A DNA stretch of 22,770 nucleotides from Candidatus Methylomirabilia bacterium (GTDB taxonomy: Bacteria; Methylomirabilota; Methylomirabilia; Rokubacteriales; CSP1-6): the NCBI GenBank assembly GCA_041496385.1, contig JBGQEL010000068.1, positions 1 to 22,770 on the forward strand, in the 5' to 3' direction. Under the pieces are notes generated by a model. It did not search any database and was not told where the DNA came from. It saw nothing but the letters and a program-made list of their open reading frames with translations. Below are positions 1 to 8,800 of the stretch, one piece after another. A program made the translations under genes and the position numbers. Position 1 is the first letter of the stretch; each line of letters starts with the position of its first letter.

Positions 1-184
1 CGGTGCGGGCGCCGGGCTGCAGTGCGCCGTCGGGCTGCAGGGCGTACATGCCGATGTTCCCGTCCTCGGCGTTCGACACGTAGACGAACGTTCCCGCGAG
101 TGCGGGCGCGCCGAACGCGAGCGGAGCGGTCAGAACCGCCAACGCTGCGAACAGTCTCATCCAGGCTTTCCGATCTGGCCCCAT
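1..184 (-). CDS. Exported lactonase-family beta-propeller protein (6-phosphogluconolactonase/YbhE-like), 5' part only; runs off the window edge
   Basis: Manual translation from ATG at 184: MGPDRKAWMRLFAALAVLTAPLAFGAPALA-GTFVYVSNAEDGNIGMYALQPDGALQPGART. Signal peptide ends in ALA and is followed by the FVYVSNAED start typical of this family. GGAGG lies upstream. Not in the ORF track because it is truncated. Confidence 0.75.
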   Translation of the reverse strand, partial: MGPDRKAWMRLFAALAVLTAPLAFGAPALAGTFVYVSNAEDGNIGMYALQPDGALQPGART

Positions 185-276
185 GCCTACCTCCGTCATG
201 ACGTTGAAATCAGCAGACCGTCCTGTCGGCTACCTCGTTCCGCCGTTCGCGACCTGGAGGAAGTTACTGGCGCCTG

Positions 277-305
277 AGCATCTACCCGAACAGATGCGGC
301 GTCAA
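277..305 (-). promoter_or_regulatory. Possible sigma70-type promoter for the lactonase gene, overlapped by an inverted repeat
   Basis: Minus strand TTGACG (305-300), 17 nt, GATGCT (282-277). Inverted repeat GCATCT-N8-AGATGC at 278-297 overlaps the spacer and -10. Confidence 0.3.
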
Positions 306-592
306 GTGCCTCGGCCGGATGCTGTGGACCTCTCTTGTCGCGCTACGTGGATGCGGCTTGAGGCAGACTCTGTAGATTCTCGAAAAGCCGTTCAATCTCC
401 GGCGGCGGGGCGAGACAAAGAGTTCGAAACGTGTCGACTACGGGGAGCCAACTTCCTCAGGCGGGTACACTCGGGAGCCTCTGGTGGTCTTCCGCGCTGG
501 TTGCACCTGGGTTATGGCTTGTTGCGTCTAACCGATGGACAACCGCCTTGTTCGCCCCTGGCGATCGGCCCCTTTGGCCGTCTATGAAGAAA

Positions 593-1081
593 CTATGAAG
601 CTTTTCGTCCGCGGTTCCGACCGACCGGCGATGACCGCGCCACCGTTCCCGAGCGGGACTTCAGGACGATCGCGGCCGTGACCGTCCCGTATTTGGAGAG
701 CTCGCTGATGATCTCGTCGAGGTGACTGACCGACGCGGCGGCGACTTTCACGACGAGACGGTCGCTGCCGGTCACGCGATGACTCTCGAGCGCCTGGGGC
801 AGCGCCGTCGCCGCCGCGGCGAGCCGGAGGCAGTTCTCCTCGGGTGCGCTGATCCGCAACAGCGCCGTAATCGGATAGCCGAGCTTGTCCACCGCGAGCG
901 CCACGCGGTAGCCCGTGATGATGCCGGCGTCTTCCATCCGCCGGACACGCTCCCCCGCCGCCGGTGCCGAGAGTCCCACCCGCCGGCCCAGGTCACTGAA
1001 CGAGATTCGGGCGTCTTCCTGTAGGGCCGTCAGGATGTTCCAGCCGATGTCGTCCAGCAAGCGCTCGGGCTTCGTGGCCAT
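593..1081 (-). CDS. Lrp/AsnC family transcriptional regulator
   Basis: LDDIGWNILTALQEDARISFSDLGRRVGLSAPAAGERVRRMEDAGIITGY HTH, plus RAM domain with HRVTGSD. Start reassigned to ATG 1081 (MATKPERLLDD); the longer ORF extension would overlap the divergent gene. Confidence 0.92.
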   Translation of the reverse strand: MATKPERLLDDIGWNILTALQEDARISFSDLGRRVGLSAPAAGERVRRMEDAGIITGYRVALAVDKLGYPITALLRISAPEENCLRLAAAATALPQALESHRVTGSDRLVVKVAAASVSHLDEIISELSKYGTVTAAIVLKSRSGTVARSSPVGRNRGRKAS

Positions 1082-1202
1082 CCGTGTCGGAGAGTTTAGA
1101 AAAGAAGGCGCTTCGGGGAAAGAACAATCGATCCGGCATCGACACGGCTCCCGCCGCGATCGTAGAGTGGCCGCAGGTACTGGATAGTGCCTTGGAGGAG
1201 CC

Positions 1203-2033
1203 ATGAGCGCGGAAGACAAGGCCGTCGTGCTACGTCATCATGAGGAGATCTGGAGCAAGGGCAATCTCGACGCAATCGATGCCGTCTATGCGCCGGAGTT
1301 CGTCGGCCATCACCCGGGCGCACCGGACTGGATCGGGCCGGAGAGCGTGAAGCTGATCGTGAGGACGATGCGCAACGCGTTCCCCGACTTCACCGAGACG
1401 ATCGAGGACGTCGTCGCCGAAGGCGATCGCGTTGTGTCGCGTTTCACGTCGACGGGAACCCACCTTGGCGCCTTGCGTGGCCTCGCGCCCACCGGCCGTC
1501 GCATGTCGATGGCCGAGATGGCGGTCTTTCGCATCACGCGTGGACGGATCGTCGAGAAGTGGGGCCTCTTCGATCGACTCGGCATGGTCCAGCAGCTCGG
1601 AATCATGCCGCCGGCATGGCCCCCCATGGAGCTCCTGTACGAGATCACGATGGACGTCGACGTGCAGGACGTCGGAACGACGCCTAGCGGGCGTCGCCGG
1701 ATCGTCGTCGTGAAGAGCGGACGCTTCTCCGGACCGAGACTCCGCGGTCGCGTGTTGCCCTGCGGCGGCGACTGGTTGCTCGAACGCGCCGACGGCTCGC
1801 GGCGGCTGGACGTGCGCATCACGCTCGAGACGCACGACGGCGCGCTGATCTACGCCTCGTACCTCGGCGTCATCCACGGCTCAGCGACCGATGTGTCGAC
1901 CTACTACTTCCGGACGGCACCGCTGTTCGAGACGGGCGCCGAACAGTACGACTGGCTCAATCACATCCTGGCTGTGGGCTACGGGCGTCGCGCCGGCTCA
2001 CAGGTCGGGTACACCGTGTACGCCATCAGGTAG
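1203..2033 (+). CDS. Fusion: SnoaL-like ester cyclase (N-terminal) + DUF3237 beta-barrel domain (C-terminal)
   Basis: N-terminal: AFPDFTETIEDVVAEGDRVVSRFTSTGTHLG...GRIVEKWG..DRLGMVQQLG. C-terminal: GTTPSGRRRIVVVKSGRFSGPRLRGRVLPCGGDW...RLDVRITLETHDGALIY...YYFRTAPLFETG...YDWLN. GGAGGAG RBS upstream. Confidence 0.85.
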   Translation: MSAEDKAVVLRHHEEIWSKGNLDAIDAVYAPEFVGHHPGAPDWIGPESVKLIVRTMRNAFPDFTETIEDVVAEGDRVVSRFTSTGTHLGALRGLAPTGRRMSMAEMAVFRITRGRIVEKWGLFDRLGMVQQLGIMPPAWPPMELLYEITMDVDVQDVGTTPSGRRRIVVVKSGRFSGPRLRGRVLPCGGDWLLERADGSRRLDVRITLETHDGALIYASYLGVIHGSATDVSTYYFRTAPLFETGAEQYDWLNHILAVGYGRRAGSQVGYTVYAIR

Positions 2034-2042
2034 GAGCGAAGG

Positions 2043-2125
2043 ATGCTCTACATGATCGTCGAGAGCGGCTGCTCGGCGAGTGGATGGCGGCGTGGCGTGA
2101 TCTGGTCGATTTCGGACAGCCGTGA
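2043..2125 (+). pseudogene. Internally deleted DUF3303-family remnant
   Basis: AGGAG RBS, then ATG MLYMIVE (cf. MLFMVIE of the intact copy). Joined at GAGAG (2061-2065), in another frame, to ERLLGEWMAAWRDLVDF (cf. TLLQRWVAEWSDLVQF), then TGA at 2123-2125. Confidence 0.75.
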
Positions 2126-2237
2126 ACCACCTGTATCTCGCTCTCACACGATCTCGTCGCGTTCACGCCCCTCCGGGGAAGGGGAGACTGTAGTGGATTC
2201 GGAGTGGTCCACGATGGGCCCCTCGCAGCGCGTCGAC

Positions 2238-2513
2238 CTACGACGGCGGCTCTGCCAACGCGGCAGCTGTGTCCTTGCCGGGGACAACGGGAACGATCTC
2301 GAATTGGACGAGGTCGGACCACTCGGCGACCCAGCGCTGAAGGAGGGTCGCGTCGGCGCATTCCATCAGCTGGAAGCAGCGGCCGAGGTCTGCTTGCACC
2401 CAGCTGCCCACGAACGACACGGCGTCAGGAATGAGTCGTCCCTTGTCCCGGAAGCGGCGATACACCGCCTTGGCATCCTGGTTCCGGAAGCTCTCGATCA
2501 CCATGAAGAGCAT
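2238..2513 (-). CDS. DUF3303 family protein
   Basis: MLFMVIESFRNQDAKAVYRRFRDKGRLIPDAVSFVGSWVQADLGRCFQLMEC...WSDLVQFEIVPV pattern; 91 aa. Confidence 0.8.
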   Translation of the reverse strand: MLFMVIESFRNQDAKAVYRRFRDKGRLIPDAVSFVGSWVQADLGRCFQLMECADATLLQRWVAEWSDLVQFEIVPVVPGKDTAAALAEPPS

Positions 2514-2527
2514 AGCGGGCAGTGTGC

Positions 2528-3205
2528 CTACGCTCGGGAGGCCGCTTCACGGGCCGCGGCAGTCGCGAGAATCGCTTGGACGAAGTCGTCCTCGGACAGG
2601 GTGCCGACGCACGCCTTGCGCCCGTTGACGACGGTGGTGGGGATGTTGTCGACGCCATACCGGACGGCGAGATACGGCAGCACCGCGATGTTGATCACGT
2701 CCGTGGTGATCCACCGACTCTCGATGGCGAGGCGAGCCGACAGCGACACGGCTGTCGTGCAGTTGAATCAGGTGGGCGCGATCAGGACCTCGATGTGGAG
2801 GGGCGCCACGACTTGGCGAACCCTGGTGCGGGACGCCTCGCTCAGGGCGGAACGCCCCTCGGAGACGGCGCGGATGACTCCGACGAAGGCTTCGAGCTCG
2901 TACCCGTCGGGGGCTCCGTAGTATCGGATGCCGAAGTCCTCGTCGGCACGGAGCACGATGGCAGGAGTCCGCGCGATTCCGACCGCGTCCTCCCGGGCAG
3001 CATCCCAACGGTCGGCCAGGATCTCGAGGTGAAGCAGGTCGGAAGCGCGGGCAACCTCCTCGAGAAGCATCCGCTCGGCGCGGGTCGCGGCGCTGGCGAC
3101 GTCGGGAGTGTAGTAGAGCAGCGTCACCGGGTTCGAGAGGTCGTGCAGCCTCTCTCGGAGGAGCTGTCGCTGTTGCTCGCTGAGAAGTTCCATGTGTGCG
3201 CTCAT
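2528..3205 (-). CDS. Two-thioredoxin-fold protein disulfide oxidoreductase (PDO/AhpF N-terminal-domain-like), probable selenoprotein with in-frame TGA at 2770-2768 (U-F-N-C)
   Basis: ORFs 2768..3205 and 2528..2749 share a frame. Read-through gives 225 aa: ...GIRYYGAPDGYELEAF...LHIEVLIAPT-U-FNCTTAVSLSARLAIESRWITTDVI...RYGVDNIPTTVVNG...VGTLSEDDFVQAIL, matching the PDO C-terminal Trx domain, where T-CxxC occupies this position. Confidence 0.8.
2736..2760 (-). promoter_or_regulatory. Candidate bacterial SECIS element
   Basis: mRNA: UGA-UUCAACUGCA-CGACAGC-CGUGUC-GCUGUCG. Perfect 7-bp stem (2757-2751 with 2744-2738) starting at the 11th nt after UGA, with G at loop position 2; extendable by 2 bp across a bulged A. 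Confidence 0.6.
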
Positions 3206-3297
3206 CCGGGAGTCTACGGGGCTTGGCCCGCGCGCGTACAGGGCACACTCAAGGAATTTTCGGTCAAGGGGCCACAGAATCGCGCTAGGCTCGGCCC

Positions 3298-3807
3298 ATG
3301 GCTTTCAGAACGGAAAGTCTCGTCGACGACGCCGGCTGGCGCATCCTCGCGGCGCTCCAGGCGGATGCGCGCCTGTCATTCAGCGAGCTCGGACGCCGGG
3401 TCGGACTTTCGCCTCCGGCGGCCGCCGAGCGGGTGCGGCGGCTGGAGGATGCGGGAATCATCCGCGCGTATCGCGCCGAGGTCGATCCCGAGAAGGTCGG
3501 GTTCCCGATCACTGCCATCATCCGCGTGAGCGTCCCGGAGCAACACTTCGCCAGGCTCAAGGCGCTCGTGCTCCAGTTGCCGGAGGCGTTGGAATGTCAC
3601 CACGTGACCGGGCCGGATTCGCTCGTGGTCAAGGTGACGGCGACATCGGTGGGCCATCTCGAGAAGGTGATCGAGCAGCTCGGCCGCCATGGCACTCCGA
3701 CGACGTCGATCATCCTGTCTTCTCCCGTCTCATTGCGGGCCATCCAGGCGGTTCCCGGACCGGTTGGCCAGGCGAGGACCTCGAGGGCGCGGCCGACGAA
3801 GGCGTGA
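3298..3807 (+). CDS. Lrp/AsnC family transcriptional regulator (paralog of 593-1081)
   Basis: DDAGWRILAALQADARLSFSELGRRVGLSPPAAAERVRRLEDAGIIRAY...ECHHVTGPDS. Confidence 0.93.
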   Translation: MAFRTESLVDDAGWRILAALQADARLSFSELGRRVGLSPPAAAERVRRLEDAGIIRAYRAEVDPEKVGFPITAIIRVSVPEQHFARLKALVLQLPEALECHHVTGPDSLVVKVTATSVGHLEKVIEQLGRHGTPTTSIILSSPVSLRAIQAVPGPVGQARTSRARPTKA

Positions 3808-3818
3808 ACCCGCCGAGG

Positions 3819-4644
3819 CTACGCGCTGGCGCCGACGACTGTTGCGAGATACCGTGCGAGGAGCGTGGCGTGAGGAGTGGGAGCCGGGTTCGTGAGCAAG
3901 GCGAGTTCCGTGTTCGGAATGGACGGGAAGCCATCTTTCGCACCGAGGATGACGCGGCAGGATGCTGACCCCGAGTCCGCACGCAACCGCCGCCTGCACA
4001 CTCGCGAGGCTGGGGCTCGTGAATGCGATTCGCCACCTCCGGCCCTGCGCCTCGATCGCGTGGATCGCTCGGTTGCGATAGAGGCAACCCTGCGGGAAAA
4101 CGACGAGGGGCACGGGCTCCTTTCTCGCTGATGTCGATTTCGCACCAGCAACCCACACCAAGCGTCTGGGCCACGACGCAACACACGGCCCGGCGCCGGG
4201 CTCCCGTATGGCGAGAACGACATCGAGGTCGCCTCGCTCGAGCGCCCGAAGGAGGTCGACGCTGAGACCGCATTCGACGTCGAGCCGCAGGCGCGGGTGC
4301 GCCCGCGCAACCTCCGCGAGCAACGACGCCACGAGTGCGCCGGCGAGATTTTCGTGCATGCCGAGGCACACGGTTCCCTCACTCCCTGATCGCAGGAGCA
4401 TGTCCTCCGCCTCGGTGGCGAGGGACAGGATCCGACGGGCATAACCGAGGAGCCGCTCGCCGTGTTCCGTGAGAACGACGCCTCGGGCACGGCGCACGAG
4501 GAGCGGCTCCCCGACTCGCGCCTCCAGCTTGAGGATCTGCTGGCTCACCGTCGATTGTGTGCGGTGCACCCGCTCGCTCGCGCGCGTGAACCCGCCGGCG
4601 TCGATCACCGACACGAAGCTACGTAGCAGGGCGAGGTCTAGCAC
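3819..4644 (-). pseudogene. LysR family transcriptional regulator, frameshifted near 3955
   Basis: GTG 4644: MLDLALLRSFVSVIDAGGFTRASERVHRTQSTVSQQILKLE (LysR HTH) through AAVACGLGVSILP. The LysR-like C-terminus RVILGAKDGFPSIPNTELALL...YLATVVGASA* continues in another frame ending at 3819, just past the convergent Lrp stop (3807). The unshifted frame would overlap that gene. Confidence 0.8.
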
Positions 4645-4690
4645 CCAGTCACCATCGAAGGATCCACTGACTTGCGACGACACTCTCAGC

Positions 4691-5378
4691 GTGTTTCGCC
4701 ACCAGCCGGCCCCCAAGATCATCACGCTCGACTGCTACGGGACCCTTGTCGAGTGGCGTGAGGTCCTTCATGAGGTCGTCCTGGCCGTCCTCGAGCGTCG
4801 CGGAGCCGGCGGCGCGGACGCCAACCTCGTGCTCGATGCGTTCTCGAGGCACGCACACCGGATGGAGCAGCTCGTTCCCTATCGGCGATACAAGGAGATT
4901 CTCCGCGCAAGCGTCGGAGCGGCATTCGCCGACCATGAAGTACGGGTGTCTCGCGAGGATATCGAGGGAGGTCGCGGAATCGACAAAGAGGATGGGGCCG
5001 CACCCAGAGACGAAGGCAGTCCTCGAGGAACTTCGCCAACGGGTTCGGCTCGCGATCGTCACAAATTCCGATGACGACTTGATCCGTCACAATCTGCGGC
5101 TGATCGAAGTGCCGATCGACTACGTCATCACGGCCGAGCAGGCGCAAGCCTACAAGCCCTCGCGCAAGATCTTCGAGTACGGGCGCTCAAGGATGGGAGC
5201 CACGAAGGACGAGGTCGTCCATGTGGCGATGAGCATGGTTCTCGATATCCAGGCGTGTCACCAGCTCGGCATGCGCGCCGTGTGGATCAACCGGCTCGGG
5301 GAGACCGGCAATGCCGACTGGCTCCCCTACGAGGAGCTGCCGGACCTGCGCGGCCTCCCGGCGCTGCTCGGATTGTAG
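4691..5378 (+). pseudogene. HAD-superfamily hydrolase (haloacid dehalogenase type II-like), frameshifted at about 4967 (real or sequencing indel)
   Basis: Motif I ITLDCYGTLVEW lies in the 4469..5074 frame; AIVTNSD, AYKP and VVHVA...DI lie in the 4746..5378 frame. Removing one G from GGG at 4966-4968 joins EDIE to EVAESTKRMGPHPE. Start GTG 4691 is tentative. Confidence 0.8.
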
Positions 5379-5405
5379 GGTTCGCGGCGCCATGACACCA
5401 TCGCC

Positions 5406-5831
5406 ATGAGCATGGGACTCCCTGTCGGTTGCTTGCTCTGCCGGATCGCGCGCGGTGAAGTCACGGTCGAGCGCATCGTCGAGACTGACCACGTGATCGG
5501 CTTCATGAACCAGGGCGAGGCACTGTCGCGGGGCCACTGCGTGTTCTTTCCCAGGCGCCACGCGCCGAGCCTGCACGAGGCCGACGATGCCGCGCTGGCG
5601 GAGATCCTCGTGCTGGTCAAGACGGTCGCACGGGCCCTCGGGGTGGAAACCTACAACGTCCTCCAGAACAACGGCGCGATCGCCGGCCAGACCGTCTTCC
5701 ATGCGCACGTGCATCTGATCCCCAAGTGGAGCGAGAGCGAGGGCCTCGTCTACGAGCGCGGCCGTGGCCGGCGCATAGATCAGAAGGAGATGGCCCAGCG
5801 GATCCGGGCCGGCCTGGCGCGAAGGGGCTAG
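5406..5831 (+). CDS. HIT family protein (Hint-like nucleotide hydrolase)
   Basis: N-terminal CxxC (CLLCRIARGE), GH motif, NNGAIAGQTVFHAHVHLIP histidine triad. Confidence 0.92.
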   Translation: MSMGLPVGCLLCRIARGEVTVERIVETDHVIGFMNQGEALSRGHCVFFPRRHAPSLHEADDAALAEILVLVKTVARALGVETYNVLQNNGAIAGQTVFHAHVHLIPKWSESEGLVYERGRGRRIDQKEMAQRIRAGLARRG

Positions 5832-5840
5832 TCCGGCCCG

Positions 5841-5849
5841 TGCTACACT
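5841..5849 (+). promoter_or_regulatory. Extended -10 promoter element upstream of the glucan synthase
   Basis: TG-c-TACACT in the short intergenic region, 37 nt before ATG 5887. Confidence 0.4.
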
Positions 5850-5886
5850 GACAGCGCCCTCCTTCTAACCCCTGCAGAAAGGCAGC

Positions 5887-8800
5887 ATGCTCATCGCCCG
5901 GAAGTCTCTCGAAAACCCGATCCGCGCCGAGCTCTTCGGCATCGAACGCCTCGAACAGCATGCCGAGAGCCTGGCGGCCGCCCAGCGCGTCATGCGGCAG
6001 GCGGGCAGGGGGCAGCGACTGCTGGCGCGCGTCGAGGACAACGGGCGCGTGCTCCGCGAGTCGTACCGCGTGATCGCCAACGCCATCCGCGAGGAGCGCG
6101 CGATCACGCCGGCGGCGGAGTGGCTCGTCGACAACTTCCACGTCGTGGACGAGCAGCTGCGTGAGATCCGCGCCGACCTGCCGCCCGGATTCTATCGGGA
6201 GCTGCCCAAGCTGGCCGAGGGACCGCTCGCCGGCTATCCGCGCGTCTACGGAATCGCGTGGGCGTTCGTGGCCCATACCGACAGCCGCTTCGATCCCGAG
6301 ACGCTCCGGCGGTTCGTGCACGCCTACCAGCGCGTGCAGCCGCTGACCATCGGCGAGCTGTGGGCGGTGGCGATCACGCTGCGCGTCGTTCTCGTCGAGA
6401 ACCTTCGGCGCCTGGCCGAGAGCATTGTCCGCGGGCGGGCGGCGCGTCAGGAGGCCGACGCCCTGGCGGACGAGCTGCTCGGCGTCGGCGATGACGGCGC
6501 CGTCGCGCGCACGGCGAGGGGCCTCGAACGATTCGAGAGCGGACCGCTGGTGACCGCCTTCGCGGTGCAGCTCGTCCAGCGGCTGCGGGAGCAGGATCGC
6601 GCGGTGACGCCGGCGCTGCTCTGGCTCGACCAGCGGCTGGAGGCGCAGGGGACGACGTCCGATGACATCGTCGGCGTCGAGCATCAGCGGCAGGCCGCGA
6701 TGAACGTGACCGTCCGCAACGTGATCATGAGTATGAGCCTCATGTCCGCGCTGGACTGGACGGCGTTCTTCGAGACCGTGAGCCTCGTCGACGAGGTGCT
6801 ACAGGCGAACGCGAACTACGGCGCGATGGACTTCGCGACCCGCGACGCCTACCGGCACGCGATCGAAGAGCTCGCGCGGGGTTCCGGCCGGCCCGAGCTG
6901 GACGTCGCGCGCGAGGCCATGACGCATACGCGCAGCGCGGACGGGCTCGACGACGATCGACGGAACGAGCCCGGCTTCCATCTCATCGGCAACGGGCGAG
7001 GGGACTTCGAGCGGGCGCTGGCCTACCGAGTGCCGCCGATGCGTCGGCTGCTGCGTGCCTACGTCGCCGCGGCGTCACCCGGGTATCTGGGAACGATCGC
7101 GGTCCTCAGCGGCCTCCTGTTCCTGCTGCCCCTCCTCGCAGGTGGTGCCTCCGGCGTCGGACCGTCGAGCCTGCTCGTGCTCGCACTTCTGGTCGTCGTC
7201 CCGGCGTCGGACCTGGCGATCGCTCTGCTGAATCGATTCGTCACGGCGCTCGTCATGCCGGCGGTGCTGCCCCGGCTCGAGCTGCGCGAGGGCGTGCCGT
7301 CGCACCTGCGGACCATCGTCGTGGTGCCGATGCTGTTGACCCAGGGCGCCGAGGTCGAGGAGCAGATCGAGCGCCTCGAGGTGCACTACCTGGCGAATCC
7401 CGACGGCGACGTTCGCTTCGCCGTCCTCTCCGACTGGGTGGATGCGCCCGTGGAGAGCGTGCCCGGGGACGCCGAAATGTTGATCGCGGCGCGGGAGGGG
7501 ATCGCGCGTCTGAACCGGCGTCACGGCCCAGCACCCGACGGCGGCGCGCGATTCTTTCTCTTCCACCGCCGGCGACTCTGGAACGAGAGCGAGCGGGCGT
7601 GGATGGGGTGGGAGCGCAAGCGCGGCAAGCTCCACGAGCTGAATCGTCTCCTGCGGGGAGCCACGGACACCAGCTTCCTGCCCACGGCCGCCGCCGCGCC
7701 GTCCGGCGTCCGCTACGTCATCACCCTCGACACCGACACACGGCTGCCCCGGGGCGCGGTCGATCGGCTGGTCGGCGCGATGGCGCACCCGCTCAATCGG
7801 CCGCGGTTCGGGCCCGGAGGACGGCGCGTCGTCGAAGGGTACGGAGTGCTCCAGCCGCGAGTCACGCCCCCGCTCCCCGGACGCGAGGGCTCGTTCTTCC
7901 AGCGTCTCTCCTCCGGCCCGGCCGGCATCGATCCGTACGCGGCGGCGGTGTCCGACGTGTACCAGGACCTCTGGGGCGAAGGGTCATACACCGGCAAGGG
8001 AATCTACGACGTCGACGTGTTCGAGGCGGCGCTGGCGGGACGGGTCCCGGAGAACGCGATGCTGAGCCACGACCTGTTCGAGGGTGTGTTCGCGCGCGCC
8101 GGACTCGTCACCGACGTCGAGCTGTTCGAGAGCGCTCCTTCGCATTACGGTGTCGCGGCGGCGCGCCACCACCGATGGGCCCGCGGCGACTGGCAGTTGC
8201 TGCCGTGGATCGTGGGGCACCGGGTCCCGGTGATCGGGCGGTGGAAGATGCTGGACAACCTGCGCCGCACGATGTCCGCGCCGGCCGCCTTTCTGACCCT
8301 GGTGGTCGGGTGGGTGCTGCCGGGCACATCGCCCGCGGTGTGGAGCACGTTCATCCTTGCGACCATCGCGGTGCCCCCGCTCCTGCCCGTTCTCGGTGGA
8401 TTGATCCCCCGCCGGCGCGGCATCTCGAAGCGTAGTCACGTCAATGCGGTCGGCGGCGACATCGTCCTGGCCGCCTCGCAGATCGGCCTCACGGTCACGA
8501 TGCTGACGTACCAGACCTGGTTGATGAGTGATGCGGTCATGCGGACGCTCGTCCGGGTGTACGTCACCCGTCGTCGCCTTCTGGAATGGGTGACCGCGGC
8601 GCAGGCGAAGGCCGGGCTCCGCCTCGATCTGCGTGGCTTCTGCCGCCGCATGAGCGGCGGGATCGCGCTCGCCGGCGCCGCGGCGGTTGCCGTCGCGTGG
8701 ATGCGGCCGGAGGCGTTTCCGGCCGCGATGCCCTTTCTGTTGCTGTGGGCCGCGTCGCCCGCGGTGGCGCGATGGATCAGCGTGCCGCGGAGTACGGCGA

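Noticed and set aside
183..587. 134-aa plus-strand ORF
   Set aside because: No recognisable motif, atypical codon usage, and it spans the upstream region of the divergent lactonase gene; likely spurious.
2167..2212. Short hairpins between convergent units (CCCCT..AGGGG; GTGGA..TCCAC)
   Set aside because: Only 5-bp stems and no U-tract; cannot be supported as terminators or REP elements.
2043..3529. Long plus-strand ORFs 2043..2921 and 2522..3529
   Set aside because: Antisense or off-frame shadows of the DUF3303, PDO and Lrp genes; only the first 7 codons of the former are meaningful.
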